DNA from: Camelus dromedarius
Lineage: Eukaryota
Assembly (NCBI RefSeq): GCF_036321535.1
Contig: NC_087436.1
Coordinates: forward strand, 6,262,001-6,326,000
Direction: 5' to 3'
Length of the DNA: 64,000 bases
Shown one piece after another: positions 29,093-43,029 of the stretch. Below the pieces are notes generated by a model. The model was not told the DNA's origin. It did no database searches and worked only from the letters and a program-made list of their open reading frames with translations. Made by a program: the position numbers and the translations under genes. Each line of letters begins with the position of its first letter. The stretch's first letter is position 1.

Positions 29093-29929
29093 AAAAATCA
29101 GCATTTGTTTCCTAGTTCTAAAACCCAAGGGCAGCCAGAGTCATGGTCTCTGCTGAAAGAAGTCAACTGAAGAAGTAGGTGAGTCAGAGGCAGCCTGAGT
29201 TCCTCCTCGGGAGCCTCCTCGGAGCCCCCGGCCCGTCCAGACAACCAGGCTTCTCTGTCCAGCCGTGGGTGCTGAACTCTCAGCCTCCCGCCCCACTCCC
29301 CTGCCACACACACAGAAGGCAGGACAGATGCGCTGGCCCCAGGGCATCCTTGGCTTTGGAGAGCACTCCCCAAGCAGCAGTAATTTTCTATCCATGTCTG
29401 AATCCCTGGTCTCCTTGCTGGAAACTGAGCACAGAGCCACAGTCTCCTCTCTCCTCCCCTAAGGCGACTCAGTGTGAAAGAATAAGCAGCAGACAGTGTA
29501 CATTTAAAGGAAGAAAGGCCCCCAGCCTTCCTAGACTAAGTTTAGCCCATTAAGAAGGTTCTGGAGCTACAATTAAACTCCTGAAATTACAGAAGTAGGT
29601 AGAGGGAAATCTGGGGTCCTTTTTGTAATTCTTATCTGGTTGTCTTGAGACTCAGCTGTGTCCCCCACTGTGCTTCTGACACGTGCGGCACAGCTGACAA
29701 GTTGTGGGCTGTGACCGGGCAAGACCCTGTTGTTGTCGGTGATTGTCTGGTATCTGCAACGGTGTTTGCAGCTGCCTGATTGCATCATGGTTTCAAGGCT
29801 TTTCTCCTGCTCTTTCTGACCAGGGTTGGGCTGGAGAGGAGGGAGGCTTGGGTGGTCTGCCCAACCCCCTGTGTGCAGGGGTCATGCTCAGTGCCCTGCT
29901 CCTGCCTCCAGTGCCCTCCTCTTGACCCC

Positions 29930-30429
29930 TTGTGATTTCCTTGTATCCTATTGTTCGAGCTGCAGCCCTCAGCCTGCAACAGAAGGTCCCAGGCCTCAGC
30001 CTGCTCAAAAGGCTAAAAGCATTTATCAATTTGACTTTAAACTGCACAAGTTTCTCTCTAGAGCTCTTTTGCACGGAGCCCCTTCCTATACATCCTGTGT
30101 TCTAGGAATAAGAATATTGAAAGTCCCAGAGCCAGAGGTGAGCTTCATACCCAGTAGATGGAAGAGGGTAACTGCATCTGCAAAACCAAGGACAACTTTG
30201 CAAAACTTTGTTACCCTGTGTGTGATCTCTATGGAAACCAGCTCTGCCCCCTGAACTCTTGAACTTTTACTGCCCTCTCTCCCCAGCAGGCTCACAGTCT
30301 TAGAGGCATTAGCCCACTATGACCTTCTTTGCCTGCAAAGAAATTAAGCTGCCTTTTCTACTTTGTCCACAACTCTGTCCTCAAGTCTCAATTTGGTAAA
30401 CAGGGTACAGAGGCCGTGTTTGAGCAGCA
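29930..30429 (+). mobile_element. Probable ERV solo LTR
   Basis: TG...CA ends and a U5-like tail (ctctgtcctc...aatttgg...cagaggccg...gcagca). No clear TSD. Confidence 0.45.
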
Positions 30430-31302
30430 AGGGTGTGGAAACCACACATGCATGTTTTATGAAATGACAGAGAAACGATTAGAAAAGACAGGATGCATTA
30501 ATGTCATGTATCCCACCCGACAGATTCAAGCCCCAGGAGAGAACCACAGACAAACCCTGATAGAGGTGCTTTCATGTATTTTTCTGAGACATTGAGGCAC
30601 CAGTAGCACACACTGCTTTCCAGGCAAGGAAATGGGACGCAGGGTCGAGGGGCAGCCCATCCTCCCTCACTTGCAGACGCTGACAGCTGGGGGGGGGGGG
30701 GGCACTGGGGTCCTGGCATGGGCACTGGGGTCCTGGCTTGGACCCTGGAGAAGGCAGCAGCAGCCCAGGCTGGGCAGCGGGTCACCCTTCAGTAGCTGCA
30801 TGGACAGAAAACACCCAGGAGAGAGACAGGCGTGCGGTAACCAGATCTGACTGGGTTCTTAGCACATGCGTGACAAGCCCAGGCCTCCCTGGGACATGTG
30901 TGAGTGCTTTTCGAGAGCTGCCAGAGGTCTTGCTTTCTGCAGAAGGGGGTGAGCATCAGTACAGTTTGAGTCAGTCCCATTAAGGAGAGCTAGGTACTCG
31001 CTGTCTGTTGTGATCTGGGGAAATGTAGGTTGTACAATAACCTAACATTTATTAAAGACCCACTAAATGCCAGTTCCCAAAGCTGGGTTCTGTGGGCAGT
31101 GGGGGTCACGCAGGGTCTCAGGTGCTGCCCAGCTCAGTGATGGCTCAATAAATGTAGAACAAAGGAATCCATGAGTGAATGAAGGAAAATATTAAGATGA
31201 TAAAGCACTGGCCCTGGACTAGCGGCATCGACATTACCTGGGAATTTATGAGAAGCGCAGTCCTTAAGCCTCACCCCCGACCCACTGAATCAATCTGCAG
31301 GG

Positions 31303-31784
31303 CGTTGACTGAAATAAATGCACAGCCTAAAAGTTGAGAGTTACGTTTTATTCGGTGGACATTTCTGAGGACTCAGCCTGGGATGACTGACTCTCAGATC
31401 ACTCTGAGGGACTGTTCCAGAGGTAGGGCAGGAGCTAGGATCTATAGGAGCTTTACAACAAAGACTAAGTAGTCAGAACACTACAAAATTACTTGTTAAG
31501 TGAAGATCAGACATCTCAAGTTAAAGAATTTAGCGCTTTTCTGTGTATGGGAGGGAGCAAACATTTGGGCTCACTGAATTCATCCCTTTGACAAGCACCT
31601 AGCCATCTAGGGCCAGTATCCTGTCCTTTCTTATTCTGAGTCCCCTCAGGATGCACCATTGTGAGTGGCTGCAGAGGCCGGGCTGCAGGCCTGTCCTCAC
31701 TAGGGGGTGGCGGCAGCCGCTAATGACTTGATAGCTTCAGTATTCTTTGTTTACTGATACGGCTTGCAGTATTTTTCATTCACA
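31303..31784 (-). mobile_element. ERV1-class solo LTR inserted into a MER5A-like element
   Basis: 4-bp TSD AGGG (31299-31302, 31785-31788) and a minus-strand AATAAA near 31345. The flanks (about 31205-31302 and 31789-31840) rejoin into MER5A-like sequence. Confidence 0.8.
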
Positions 31785-32744
31785 AGGGTAACAAGCCCTC
31801 CAGGTAATCTGGTGCAAGCTAATGGTTGAGAACCAATGCCCTGGTGGAAGGACCCAAAAAGAATAGGGCAGGCGAGGAAGAAGAGGGGAAAATGCCCAAA
31901 TAGGAAAGATAGAGTGAAAAGTTGTGTGAAGACTCAGAGCAACATCAGGTAAGGGCGCCCTGTACCTTTTCCCTCTTTACAAGTGATCTGTATCCTCCTG
32001 GACATTTCATCCACCAGATTAGAACAGACAGAATGTGAACATCAGCCACCCTCACCTACCCAGCCCTATGCATTCCAGCCCCTTTCTCAAAGCAGGGTCA
32101 TGGTGTGGAAATACTGGCAAAAGAAAGTATTTGGGAGAGACTACAATTCACAACCCACAAAATGAAAACCCAGGACCCCTCGTGGCTGGGGGTGGAGGGA
32201 CTGTCTAAGGCAAATGGCAGAAAGAAACCAAATCTTCTCCAAGCCATCACCAGTTCTGCACCCAGAGAGACACACTGTAGGGTAAAATCACACTGGTTTC
32301 CAAAAGGCAGTCATCTGATTCCCGTGACCACATAGTGTGTATCGTTGCCAAAAATTGTAAGCCAAGAAGCTTTGGTGAGAAGCCTGGAATGGTTTCTGAA
32401 GTTAAAACGATGAACAGATACAAAGCACTATAGCACACAGAAAAAATCAAATAGTTTTATAAGAATGAACATGCTGTTTCTCTAAATAGAACACAATTTC
32501 CCACAGGAAATAACCAACGCTTTGGTTAAGAAAGCACATTACTCTGAGGTTCTTTGGGGAATGAAGATAACTTTGAGGTCATCACCATCTCAAAGGCGAC
32601 TCTCCTTGCTTTATCTTTGCAATTATAAAACTCTAGAAATAACCAGACAATACAGCTAATGACAATACACCTGCGTTTAAATTCAGCTGAGCTGAGGAAT
32701 CTGTAAACAAACTATTCTTGTCTCAGCTAAGTGCTCGTGGCAAG

Positions 32745-33103
32745 TGTTACAGATGGAATGTGTCCCTCAAAATTCACGTTGAGACGCTGATGGCCAACGT
32801 GATGGTGTCTTGGAGATGAGACCTTCAGAGGTGATGAGACCACGAAGTAAAGCCCTCGTGGTGGGATTAGCACCCTTGTAAGAAGAGGCAGAGGGTGTGC
32901 TTCCTGTCTCTCTGCCCTGTGTCCTTTGCGGACTCAGCAAGAAGGCAGCCGTCCCCAAACCGCGGGGAGGGCTCTCAAGCAGAGCCCGGCCACGCTGGCC
33001 CGCTGATCTCAAGACCCCCCACCTCTGGAACTGTGAGAAACAAGTTTCTGTTGTTTTAACCACCCCATCTATGGTAATTTGTTACAGCAGTCGGAACTAA
33101 CAC
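32745..33103 (+). mobile_element. MaLR (MLT1A-like) solo LTR
   Basis: Motifs tgttacagatggaatgtgtccctcaaaattcacgttga ... gtgggattag ... aactgtgagaaac ... ttgttacagcag...aactaacaca. Confidence 0.75.
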
Positions 33104-33643
33104 ACCAGTAAATTTCATTTTGCTCAGTTTCCTCATCTGAAAACCTGAGATTGTTACATCTAGTTCAAGGGTTGTTGGAAGAATTACATACCGTGTGCGT
33201 GTAAAGCACTCAGCACGGTGCCTGATACCCAGCAGGAAGTGATGGTTCCTAGACTTGCTCTTGTTCTCGCAAAGATGTTGCTGATGGCTGGGCATTCTCT
33301 ACAGAGACTATAAGAAAACACCGGTGGATAAAACATCCATGGACGCTTGATTTCGGGGTCAGGAAATAGCCTGAAAATAGTCTTACTGACTCACACCTAT
33401 AGCAAACCGTCCAGAATCTGTTTCACCCTCTCCTTCTATACTTAACAGAGGGCTTAAAAGATAATTAGGGGCTATTCATTAATATTCTTTAAAATGAACC
33501 CATAAACTTAAAAAAAAGATAATCGGGGTACATTCTGCTTGCTACTTCGGATTCAAATCTTTGGACATTTTTGTCTTTGATATTTAAAATTAGGCTATGG
33601 TAGCCGCCATGAGGCCAGACTCACAGATTCAGAAAACAGATTT

Positions 33644-33781
33644 GGGGGGTGTAGCTCAGTGGTAGAGCACTTGCTTAGCATGCACGAGGTCCCGGGTTCA
33701 ACCCCCAGTATCTCCACTAAAAACAAACAAATAAATCTAATTACGTCTCCCCCCTGAATAAATTTAAAAATTAAAAAAAAA
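33644..33781 (+). mobile_element. Vic-1-type SINE (copy 1 of a tandem pair)
   Basis: gtagctcagtggtagagc...gggttcaaccccc with the ataaatctaattacgtctcccc tail and an A-rich end. Confidence 0.85.
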
Positions 33782-33857
33782 TCTTTTTAAAGAGAATTTA
33801 ACATTAAGCTATGGTAGCCATTATGAGGCTAGACTCACAGATTTAGAAAACAAACTT

Positions 33858-33946
33858 GGGGGTGTAGCTCAGTGATAGAGCACACGCTTAGCAAGCATGA
33901 GATATGGGTTCAATCCCCAGTATCTCCATTAAAAAAAAAAAAAAAA
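33858..33946 (+). mobile_element. Vic-1-type SINE (copy 2), followed by L1 3'UTR to about 34165
   Basis: tRNA-like head plus A16. Downstream, agataaacaac...cttgtaataacctataatggaaaagaatctg is L1 3'UTR. Confidence 0.8.
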
Positions 33947-34046
33947 GATAAACAACAAAGGCTCTCTGTATTGTATAATACAGAGAACTGTATTCAGTAT
34001 CTTGTAATAACCTATAATGGAAAAGAATCTGAAAAAGAATATATAC

Positions 34047-34079
<33 letters not shown>

Positions 34080-37000
34080 TATATATGTATAAATGATTCA
34101 CTTTTTTGAACACTTGAAACTAACACAGCATTGGAAATCAACTCTACTTCAATTTAAAAAAAGAAACAATTTTCAAATTTAAATTTTCTACAAATGGATA
34201 TCAGTTTATATGAGGTGAATATAAGAAATCACCAATATTGAAAAGAAAAAAAGAAAAAGAGACAGAGAAATTTTAGAATTAGAATCCAGATATAAAATTA
34301 CTGTCTACTATATCTATAATGTTCAAAAGGCAACAAAGTGAGGGTGAGAAGGGATTAAAAATGATTGAGCACACATTGAATAGAAATTTTAAAGTAATAT
34401 TTAGAAAGGATAAAAAGACATTGTTGAAATTAAAATTCAGCGATAAAATTCAGCAGTTTTGAGCCCCAGATCCAACAGTGTAGCTTACAGTAAATGACAT
34501 CTTCCACCAAAAATAACTTTAAAAGTTGGAACAACCTGGAAGCCATATTTTGAAGGCCTTGGAGAGCCAGCCCAAGTACCATGGAGCAGCTGGAATTCTT
34601 AAGAAAGGGAAGCACACCAGGGGTACCCCACAGACACTTCGGAATTCTCCTGTGGGCATCTTCTGAATTGTGTCCAGGGTGACAAGTGCCCAAGAAAGTG
34701 GCAGCGGTCTCCCAGTCTGAGACAGATGTGGAGTCAGGGATGCCAAAGGAGCTGGGGTTTGGGGAGAGAGGAACCCAGAGAGGGTGCCCCCAATCTGCAT
34801 TCTGGTTTCCCTCACACTGCTGGCCGACTTTGGGGCTGGGGCCATGCAAAGCAATTCTGAGGTAGAGTAGGAAGCAGCATCCACCGTTGGGGTCAGAGAT
34901 AAGGGCCAGAGGCTGGATGCAGTCCACCAAGGGCTGTGAGCTGGAGGTCAGGGAAAAGCACAGAGTGCTGCTGCCCCTCCCTCACCCACAGCCCAGAAAC
35001 ACCACAGGGCTTTGGAGGGCGACCTGTGTCCGGGGCACTGATGTGCCACTGGGGCTGCCAAAGGGTAGTGTGAGTCACAGGCACCTGGGCTCAATGTCTT
35101 TAGGTTGGTGAAGTGTCCTCCTGGGCACAGAGCCTGGGTTAAGGGAGGTCTGTTTCTCCAGCAATCCTGGAGAGCCCGACAGTCAGGAGTTGTGCCGACA
35201 GAACACTGAATTCTCTGCATCACGAGAGAGGATGCTTTTGATCCTTCCTGCACACCTTTCTCCAAGATGGACTTAGTTGCAACCTCCTCTCCCTCCCTGA
35301 TTTATTCTTCCTCTGTCCATCCGTCATTCCCTCTGTTTATTTCCAAATTTTGACTCACTCCATGGTACGTCATTTGTAATCACTTGGGTGCTTTTGATGT
35401 TGTTGTTTTCCAGCAGCAGAAGACCTACAAACTCAGTTCCAGCATCCCAAGAAGAAACCATACTAGCAAGTAGGCCTGGAACAGCCAAGCATGGAGTAGG
35501 TCTGGGGCAGCTCAGGCGTGCCTGGTGGCATTGCTCTGTCATCCTCCAGTGTGTGGCCTTGTCCACGCTGACTTCCTCCTCAGGCTGGCTTTCCTCCTGA
35601 GCTCCGGGTGGCTTCCTGAAGCAACAGACTTTCACGTCTAGGTCCAAAACACTACAAGCATCTCACAAGCACCAACTGAGTTTTCTGAGCTTCAGGCAGA
35701 AGCCAATCACTGCAGAGAAAAGAAGGTGACACCAGTTCGCCCCTTGGTTACCTGCTCGTGGCTGAACCAAAAACCATAGGTAAATGCTTCTGAATTGTCC
35801 CTGGGGCTGGGGACTATTCCATACCAATCCTTAATCTCTCAGCTGCTAACTGGGAAACAGTTAGAATGGTGTGCGGTGGACAAACAAAACATCCATTATA
35901 ACCAGGGCAGACTTTTTTCCACTACCCCCACGGAACCCCGAGGTAAGACAGACAGCTGATAAACGCCTGTATCGTCAGGTCCTGCCTCGTGGCTGGGACA
36001 CAATCAGGGCTCAACAGTCGCCCAAATGAACGAGCAAATTAAGTAATAATTGATTCCCCTCAAAAATATATTTGCCACCAACCATTCCTGTTATCTCTAA
36101 AGCATATTGTAATTGTAATAACGTCTGCACAATACCTTATTTTCAGTCCCGCCCTGTGCGGTTGTAATTTTTACCTATGCTTTCTGGGTCTTTCACTTGA
36201 TTTCGACACATAACTGGTTATTTTTAGAGCTGCTATTAACCCAGACTTCAATTGCTGTGCTGTTTTCTCCTGGAGCAGTGAAGCAGTTGCCATGGCAACA
36301 GAATCCAATTCCTCTCTGGAGAGCTTCACATCCCTGCAGCTTGATGAGAGGGGCCAACACACTGCCTCCTACCCCTGTTCTCTAAGTCTGAAGATCTGTT
36401 ACCTCCAAAAGATGCAAGTCATGTCTGGGCTCAGACACACTTGACGGAGTACGGGTTTGACAGCTTGTCCGAGAAGATGTGTCAGAGCTCTCATCTGGAA
36501 GTCATTCCCCAATAATCAGAGTGAGAGAAAGCTTTTAATGCTTGAATGGACAAAAAATTGCAAGTCTCCAGGGAGACTGTATTTAAAGGTGAGAGGAAGG
36601 ATTATTTTGATTGACACCAGTCACTCAGCACAAAGTCACAGGCTTATAACCTTTCTCTGAGAACCACGTACAGTGATTTCCCAGGGGAAGCATTCCCCCC
36701 CACCTCAACCCCAGCTCCACCTACGCCAAAAGTGAGAGTTGAACTCTAATCCAGGTGGTCTGCTGGAGGAGGGGAGGAGTAAGCACCCTGTTAACCCAAG
36801 GGGACTCTCTGGACAGAGCTGTAGTTCTAAGCTTCAGTGTCTATATTCTCAGCAGCTGGGGGATGGAACTCCATGCGAACCGACAGGATCAACTCTGTAC
36901 GAGTAGAAGTGATCGAGTGCCAGGTCCTAAACTCTCAGCTGGAACAAATTCTCATAGCATACGCCCAAGCTTTAACCTTGTCGGCGCTGCAGAATCTTTT

Positions 37001-39288
37001 ATGTGGTAGCTGGATGTGCTCTGTTGGAGTCTTCTATCCTGTCGTGAGATGTCTGCATGGAGTCTGTGTCTCCGTGGGTGCATCTCCGAGGATAACCGGG
37101 TTCACCCAAGGGCCTGATCTGGAAGAAACCAGGATGCAGATGACAAAGGGGCAGCAGGGGAAAGATAACAATAGCGGAGCCTCCTGCACTGACAGGTACC
37201 TCAAGCACAGGGATCTCAGCAACGCAAGTGGCCACTAGACAAGCCACAGCCAAGTAATCATACGGGGTATTGAATCTCAGATGCAGGCAGCTAACAAAAG
37301 CTCCTGGATGAGAAACAAAGCAAGAAGGAACATGTGCAGACTGGAACAGAGTCAGCAGGCTGAGATCAGCACCAGAAAAAGAGAAAAGGCACACCATGAG
37401 GCTGGGTCCGTCTCCCACCCTGATTTTGCTGTGAAATCCCAGGAGATTTTGTTGCAGCATCTTTTCCCAAGTGCAATGTTTTTATACTGAACAAGCAAAA
37501 GACCCGTTTTTATATTCGTTTTGTTTTGCAGTCTCTGCTCATTGCGGTGATAATCCTGAGTGTATCAAGATGATATCTTAAAGATGGCACTTGGCATATT
37601 TGCTTTTGGTCTATGTCTTCTCTGTCCCTGCAGAAAAAGGAAGATTATCCATGAGCTGGATCAAGGCTGAGTCTCCCACACGCCTTGGTTCTTTGGTACG
37701 CTAACCCTCACCCTCATCCTAGACCCATCCCAGCTGCTCCCAAGGAACATTCGGTTCCCAACACTTCTCTAGGAGAAAAGCAGGTCAATATTATTAATGG
37801 AGTGTGTGCTGCATACCACCAGATTTGGAAATATTATTTTGTCAAGACATGCTCAGGCTTCCTGACACCGAATACTTCCACAACGAAGCCAGACCACACT
37901 TGGCCCATGTCTACCCGGGACTCAGGGGCATTCGCGGTTGCCAGTTTCTCTGAAGATACTGATGGGGCTGTTTTCTTGCCTTCTTCATCCTGGGCTCCTT
38001 TCCAAGTGGCTGGGTCCGGATCATGTTCTTACTTGACTTGGTTGGGACAGAATTCCTGACCTGCTTCTACTCCACCTCTTACCTTCTTGCTCTGCGCTAT
38101 TTAAACCCCACCTTTTGGGCTGCCCCCACTGCATTCCCTGTGTCCAACTTGCCCTTTCACCCACTTTTTTGTCCTAACCATCCTACTATGCCCCCCGCCA
38201 CCACTCCGTTACAGGATGGCTAGGATGGCCAGACAGGATTGAGAGAGGAAAGGTCATATTGCAGGAGAGCTCAGAGCAAAGCCAGGGCCATTGGAAAGAC
38301 GTTGGCTTTGACTCCAGGGAAATACGGAGCCACGGCAGCATTTTCAGTGGACACAGTCTACAAAGGATCGAAAAGGATCACTCTGGTTGTTTTAGGGACA
38401 GACTGAGAGGGCGGGGGTAGGGGGGTTAGAGCAGGAAAACCATCTTCGGACCATCAGAATAATTCCAATTGAGATGATGGAGGCTTGACACAGGGTGGTC
38501 CCAGTAGAGATGATGCAGCTGTGGTAGCTACAGCATCGTCTGCTCAGAATGCATCTTCATATCCCCTCTAATAACAGTGTCCAGGTTTTGAGTCTGGCCA
38601 GGTCTGACCTACGCACAGACGGAGAAGCAGTGACTGAGCTAAGACTGGCCAATCAGAGAGCCCCACGCTCCAGCCAGAGTGATCAGCTCACAAGAGGTCA
38701 CAGACCTGAGCTTGCCGATCTGGGGACTTCATGAGACTCTTCTATTAAAGCCAGCAGAGACTCTTCTAGGGCTTTTGTCTTTGGGGCAACGTTTAGAAGG
38801 ATGAATAACTGTAGCAACAAGCAACCCTCTTCCTTGGCAACCTCGGAAAAGGCTAATTGCATGAAGTTCAGTTGAGACCAACTCAAAAGCTGAGACAAGC
38901 AGGTCCAGGCATAGGTAGAAGCCTGGTTAATGCAATTATTTCTTTGATCACATTAGCTATTTCAATACCCTTCCCAGCCATAGAAGGAAACAAATTCCTT
39001 TTTCCTCCCTTAGGCTGGTTAGCAATGCACCTCTGTAATACACAGCATAAGAGTTTCCATGAATACCTGCTGAAAGGCTAGAGTCTCAGAAAAAACTCAA
39101 TCTGGGGACTGGGCTGTCACCAGAATCCAGTCTTTTACCCTTCACCTGTGCCTCTCTCTGGATGCTGGTTTCCAGACCATTTTCTTCTGCATCGTTGGCA
39201 AGGTGGCTACCGCCCAGCTCCCTGGGTTGCCTTTTCATAAGTTCTACCCCTATTTTTGAACTTGGCTCTGTCTCTATTCTTGAACCAG

Positions 39289-39290
<2 letters not shown>

Positions 39291-39367
<77 letters not shown>
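39291..39367. repeat. Compound (TC)20(TA)18 microsatellite
   Basis: Directly visible. Confidence 0.95.
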
Positions 39368-39375
<8 letters not shown>

Positions 39376-40999
39376 ATATTTGAATCTGGAAATTCAGAGA
39401 TTAAAAGGCAGTTTTACTCTCTGCCTTTTATGCTCTGTACTTCCAAGTTCAAAACCTCTAAGGAAGGATTCTCATTGACTCACCCTGTGTCATGTAATAA
39501 ATCAAGGGATTGTACCGAGGGTTTTGAAATCCTATTGTTGGCTTGACTTGACCTAGAAGATACCCCTGAACCAATAAATGAGGCCAGTGGGGCAAACTCA
39601 TGTAAGAAAAACAGCCATGCTCATGGAAACCACAAAGTTAGAGGAGGGAGAGGATTAATTCCAAGAACAATAGAAGTACTATTCCCAGAAGAAGGGCGGC
39701 ATAGCCGTAGGTGTTTCTTACTGAGAGGATAATGTTTTAAATATGTTGAATCGGAGGCGCCATGGAGGACCAATGAGAGACCAAGGAAATGTGGACAGTT
39801 AGCGTTATTATTCAAGTCAGCAGAGACAATTCAGGCGTGCAATTGATGCTGATGAAACAGGTCATCTCAGACTACACTTCAAATTTAAACTGAACACTGT
39901 GATTTCACCCCAAGATTACCTAGGACTCTGGTTTCCAACACAATTCCGTGCACTTTAAAATGGCAATGTGCTACAGGAGAGAGGACACTGTGAAGTAAGA
40001 GCGGAGAGAGGCCTGTGAAGCACAAGGAGGCAAGACCTTAAGAGCAAAAAATCCTGAACTGTTTCTCCCCTGTTGGGCAGGAGACAAGGTCATGAGCTAG
40101 CAGAGCCTCAGGACCCCAAGATTTTTGGTCTGAGCAGCTTGAAAGATGGGGCTGCCATTGACCAGGAGCAGGAAGATGACAAGCTGGGGTGAGTTTGCGT
40201 TTTCTCCCGGACACTTACACAGAGAAGTCAAGCAAGCTATGAGGCACGTGGGGCTGGATTTCAGAAGAGCAATGGGGCACTCCAGCACCGAGGGGCCGGT
40301 GATGCAGTGACGAGCCATCCAAGCCGACTGAAGAAGCCTTCAGAGTGCAGCCGGAGAACCAGAAGGATGTGACGGTCTGGAAGCCACGTCAAGGACAAAC
40401 GCCAAAGTGACGGGGAAATCACGATGACAGGTGCTAACACAGGGTCACAGAAATAACGACAAAGAATTAGCCACTGGATTTAGCCATGCGGCTGGCATCG
40501 GTGATTTGGGCAGTTTCCACCACGTGATGGGAGCACCAGGCAGGAGTTCCTCTTGAGCCGTGTTTATCAGCAGGAGAGATGGAGGTTAAGTGGGACGCTG
40601 TCCTGGAAACTAGAGGATGCATAAGACATGGCATCTTAGGACTCTGATTCCACGTGTTCATAATGTCTCATAAGCCACAGCCCTTCTCCCAGGCACAGGG
40701 ACACCCCTTGAGGGGAGATCAGCAGGGGACTGGGTGAATATTTGATAAACTGGACACTGTCTATGCTGTTTTAGTTTTAAGAGAAACTGAGCATTCGATC
40801 AAGCTTCTGTGTAAATGAGCAGACCACTCTAAGCTTTAACTCAAAGCTAATGTTTTTCCTTCTCACGAGCAGGTGGGAAGAAAGGCCAAATCAACTACAG
40901 ACAAAACTAAAGCAACTCCGTGCTCTCCTGATACTGGAGTTGTTGCCTGTGTCAAGTTTTGGACCCTAATTGGATTAAAGTTTCACTATCACTTTTGCA

Positions 41000-41640
41000 G
41001 CTTCATTGAGGTATAAATGAAATTGTACATATTTAAAGTGTACAGTGTGACAAGTTGACGTACATATCCATTGTGGAATGATTTCTACAACCAAGCTAAT
41101 TAACTCATCCATCACCTCACACAGTTACCTCTCTGTGTGGGATGAGAATGATTAAGATCTACTTGTTCAGTAAATTTCAAGTATACAATATTATTAAGGG
41201 TCACCCTGACACCGTACATTAGATCCCCAGAACTTACAACTGAAAGTTTGTACCCTTAACCAGCACTGTCTCCTCATGTCTCCCACCCCCGGCCCCCGGC
41301 AACCACCATTCTACTCTCTGCTTCTATGATTTAGACTGTTTTGGATTCCACGTGTAAGTGACAACATGCCACTCCCCACTTTGCATAATGTTCCCCAGGT
41401 TCCTCCCTGTTGTCTCGAGCTGCAAGAATTCCTTCTTTTTTATGGATTAATAATATTCTGTCATAATCTATATATAGTAACATTCCATTCTGTGTCACAT
41501 TTCTTTTATTCATCTGTCGACGGACACTTAGGTTGTGTCCCTCTCTTGGCTTTGCTTCAGTGAATGTGGGGGTGCGGACCTCTCTTTGAGATACTGATTC
41601 CATTTCCTTTGGATGTATTCCCAGACGTGGGATTACTAGA
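41000..41640 (-). mobile_element. Old L1M-type LINE-1 3' end
   Basis: Antisense L1 3'UTR and ORF2 end (ccccggcaaccaccattctactctctg, tttggatgtattcccaga). Confidence 0.75.
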
Positions 41641-42956
41641 GTCACTATACATTTTCATTAATAAACTTCCCATATCAGATCCATAGCTTAGTGTTGACAG
41701 TTCCTTTCAAACATATCTGGTCTTCTTCTTGTGATCACGTGCAAATGGAAAACTGTCTCTTTCTATTGGTTTTGGTCCTCAAAACTGAATGACACCCAGC
41801 TGAGATCCTAGAGGGAGAAATCCATGTTAACTTTGAAAATGAGACATCCACCTGAAAGTATAAAGATAGATGGGAACAGAGTCAGATTAGGAGGATTCAG
41901 AAGTCAGAAAGAAGACAAGCAGAGCCATAGCTAGTTGGCAGTGGACAGAGCAGGCTTAGAGAATATTTGTACACACACATCAAGGTGTATAGATATTTTA
42001 CAGTTTTTTTACCTGCTTCAGATACTTGGATGCACATTTCAGGTCTATCGAAGAGGTCAGAATGAGGCACAGATCTCATAATGTTTTGGAAGGCGCGTTA
42101 AGAATTAATAACCCAAGCGGTGAAATCAGTGAGATTTTGGCTTGAGAACTAGCACTACCACCGATGAGCTGCGTGAATCTGAGAGGGACACTCTGTGAAC
42201 CCTGCTCTGCGTTCTCATCCATAAAACTGAAATAATAATAGCATGTAACTTTCCGCGTTGTTCTAAGAATTGAACATGATAATGCAGATAAGGGTCTTCC
42301 CGCAGTCCCTGCCTAGAATAAACACTCAGTAATTGTTAGTTGTCATTCGTGGTATCATGCACCACCCTGAAGGCTTCCCTTTAAAGCCCCACTAGTGACT
42401 TCCCTCCTCACTTCTCTCTGCACCCACTGAGGACCCCTGCCAGCTCTCAACAGCCACAGGCTCAGCACATCAGCACCTCCGTGACCTTGCCCCTCTGTCC
42501 TTCCACTCCCAGTGTCACATTGCATCCCTCTCACCCTGTGACCCCCTTGGCCGGAGACACTGTTGAAGAACCATCACGTGGTCGGTCGTGCCAACAAGCA
42601 AGCTGAGAGGCTATGTAGGTTCGCTGGCGGGCAGGTGAAAGATGACTCAGCACAACCAAGATCCCGGCTAAGACTGGACTCAAGAGATTTCACATTTTTG
42701 ATGAGTAAAATCAAGTAAAAAGTTTCAATTAAATATGGCACTAGGAGAAGGTTTTGGTCTCTAAAGGTGGAGAGTTAAAATGATCTGGACACATTGTCAT
42801 CTTGTTTTTAGAAAATCAATATGCATTTAAGGCAAGTCCTCTGTTTCTGACAAAATTGCAGTGACCTGTAGGCTGAAGTTCGGTGTCATGGTCTGATCAG
42901 TCACCATGTATGGTAGAATCATGAGCTCGATCTCTAAGAAGACTGACTGCCTTTCC

Positions 42957-43011
<55 letters not shown>

Positions 43012-43029
43012 CATTATCACATTATTATT
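42957..43029. repeat. (TTA)n microsatellite
   Basis: Directly visible. Confidence 0.95.

Noticed and set aside
33644..33930. tRNA-Ala genes
   Set aside because: Degenerate stems, A-rich tails instead of a T-run terminator, and multiple dispersed copies show these are SINEs.
36837..37460. 133-aa and 153-aa intergenic ORFs in non-repeat-looking sequence
   Set aside because: No recognisable homology, splice structure or retrocopy hallmarks. A BLASTX search would be needed to reopen this.
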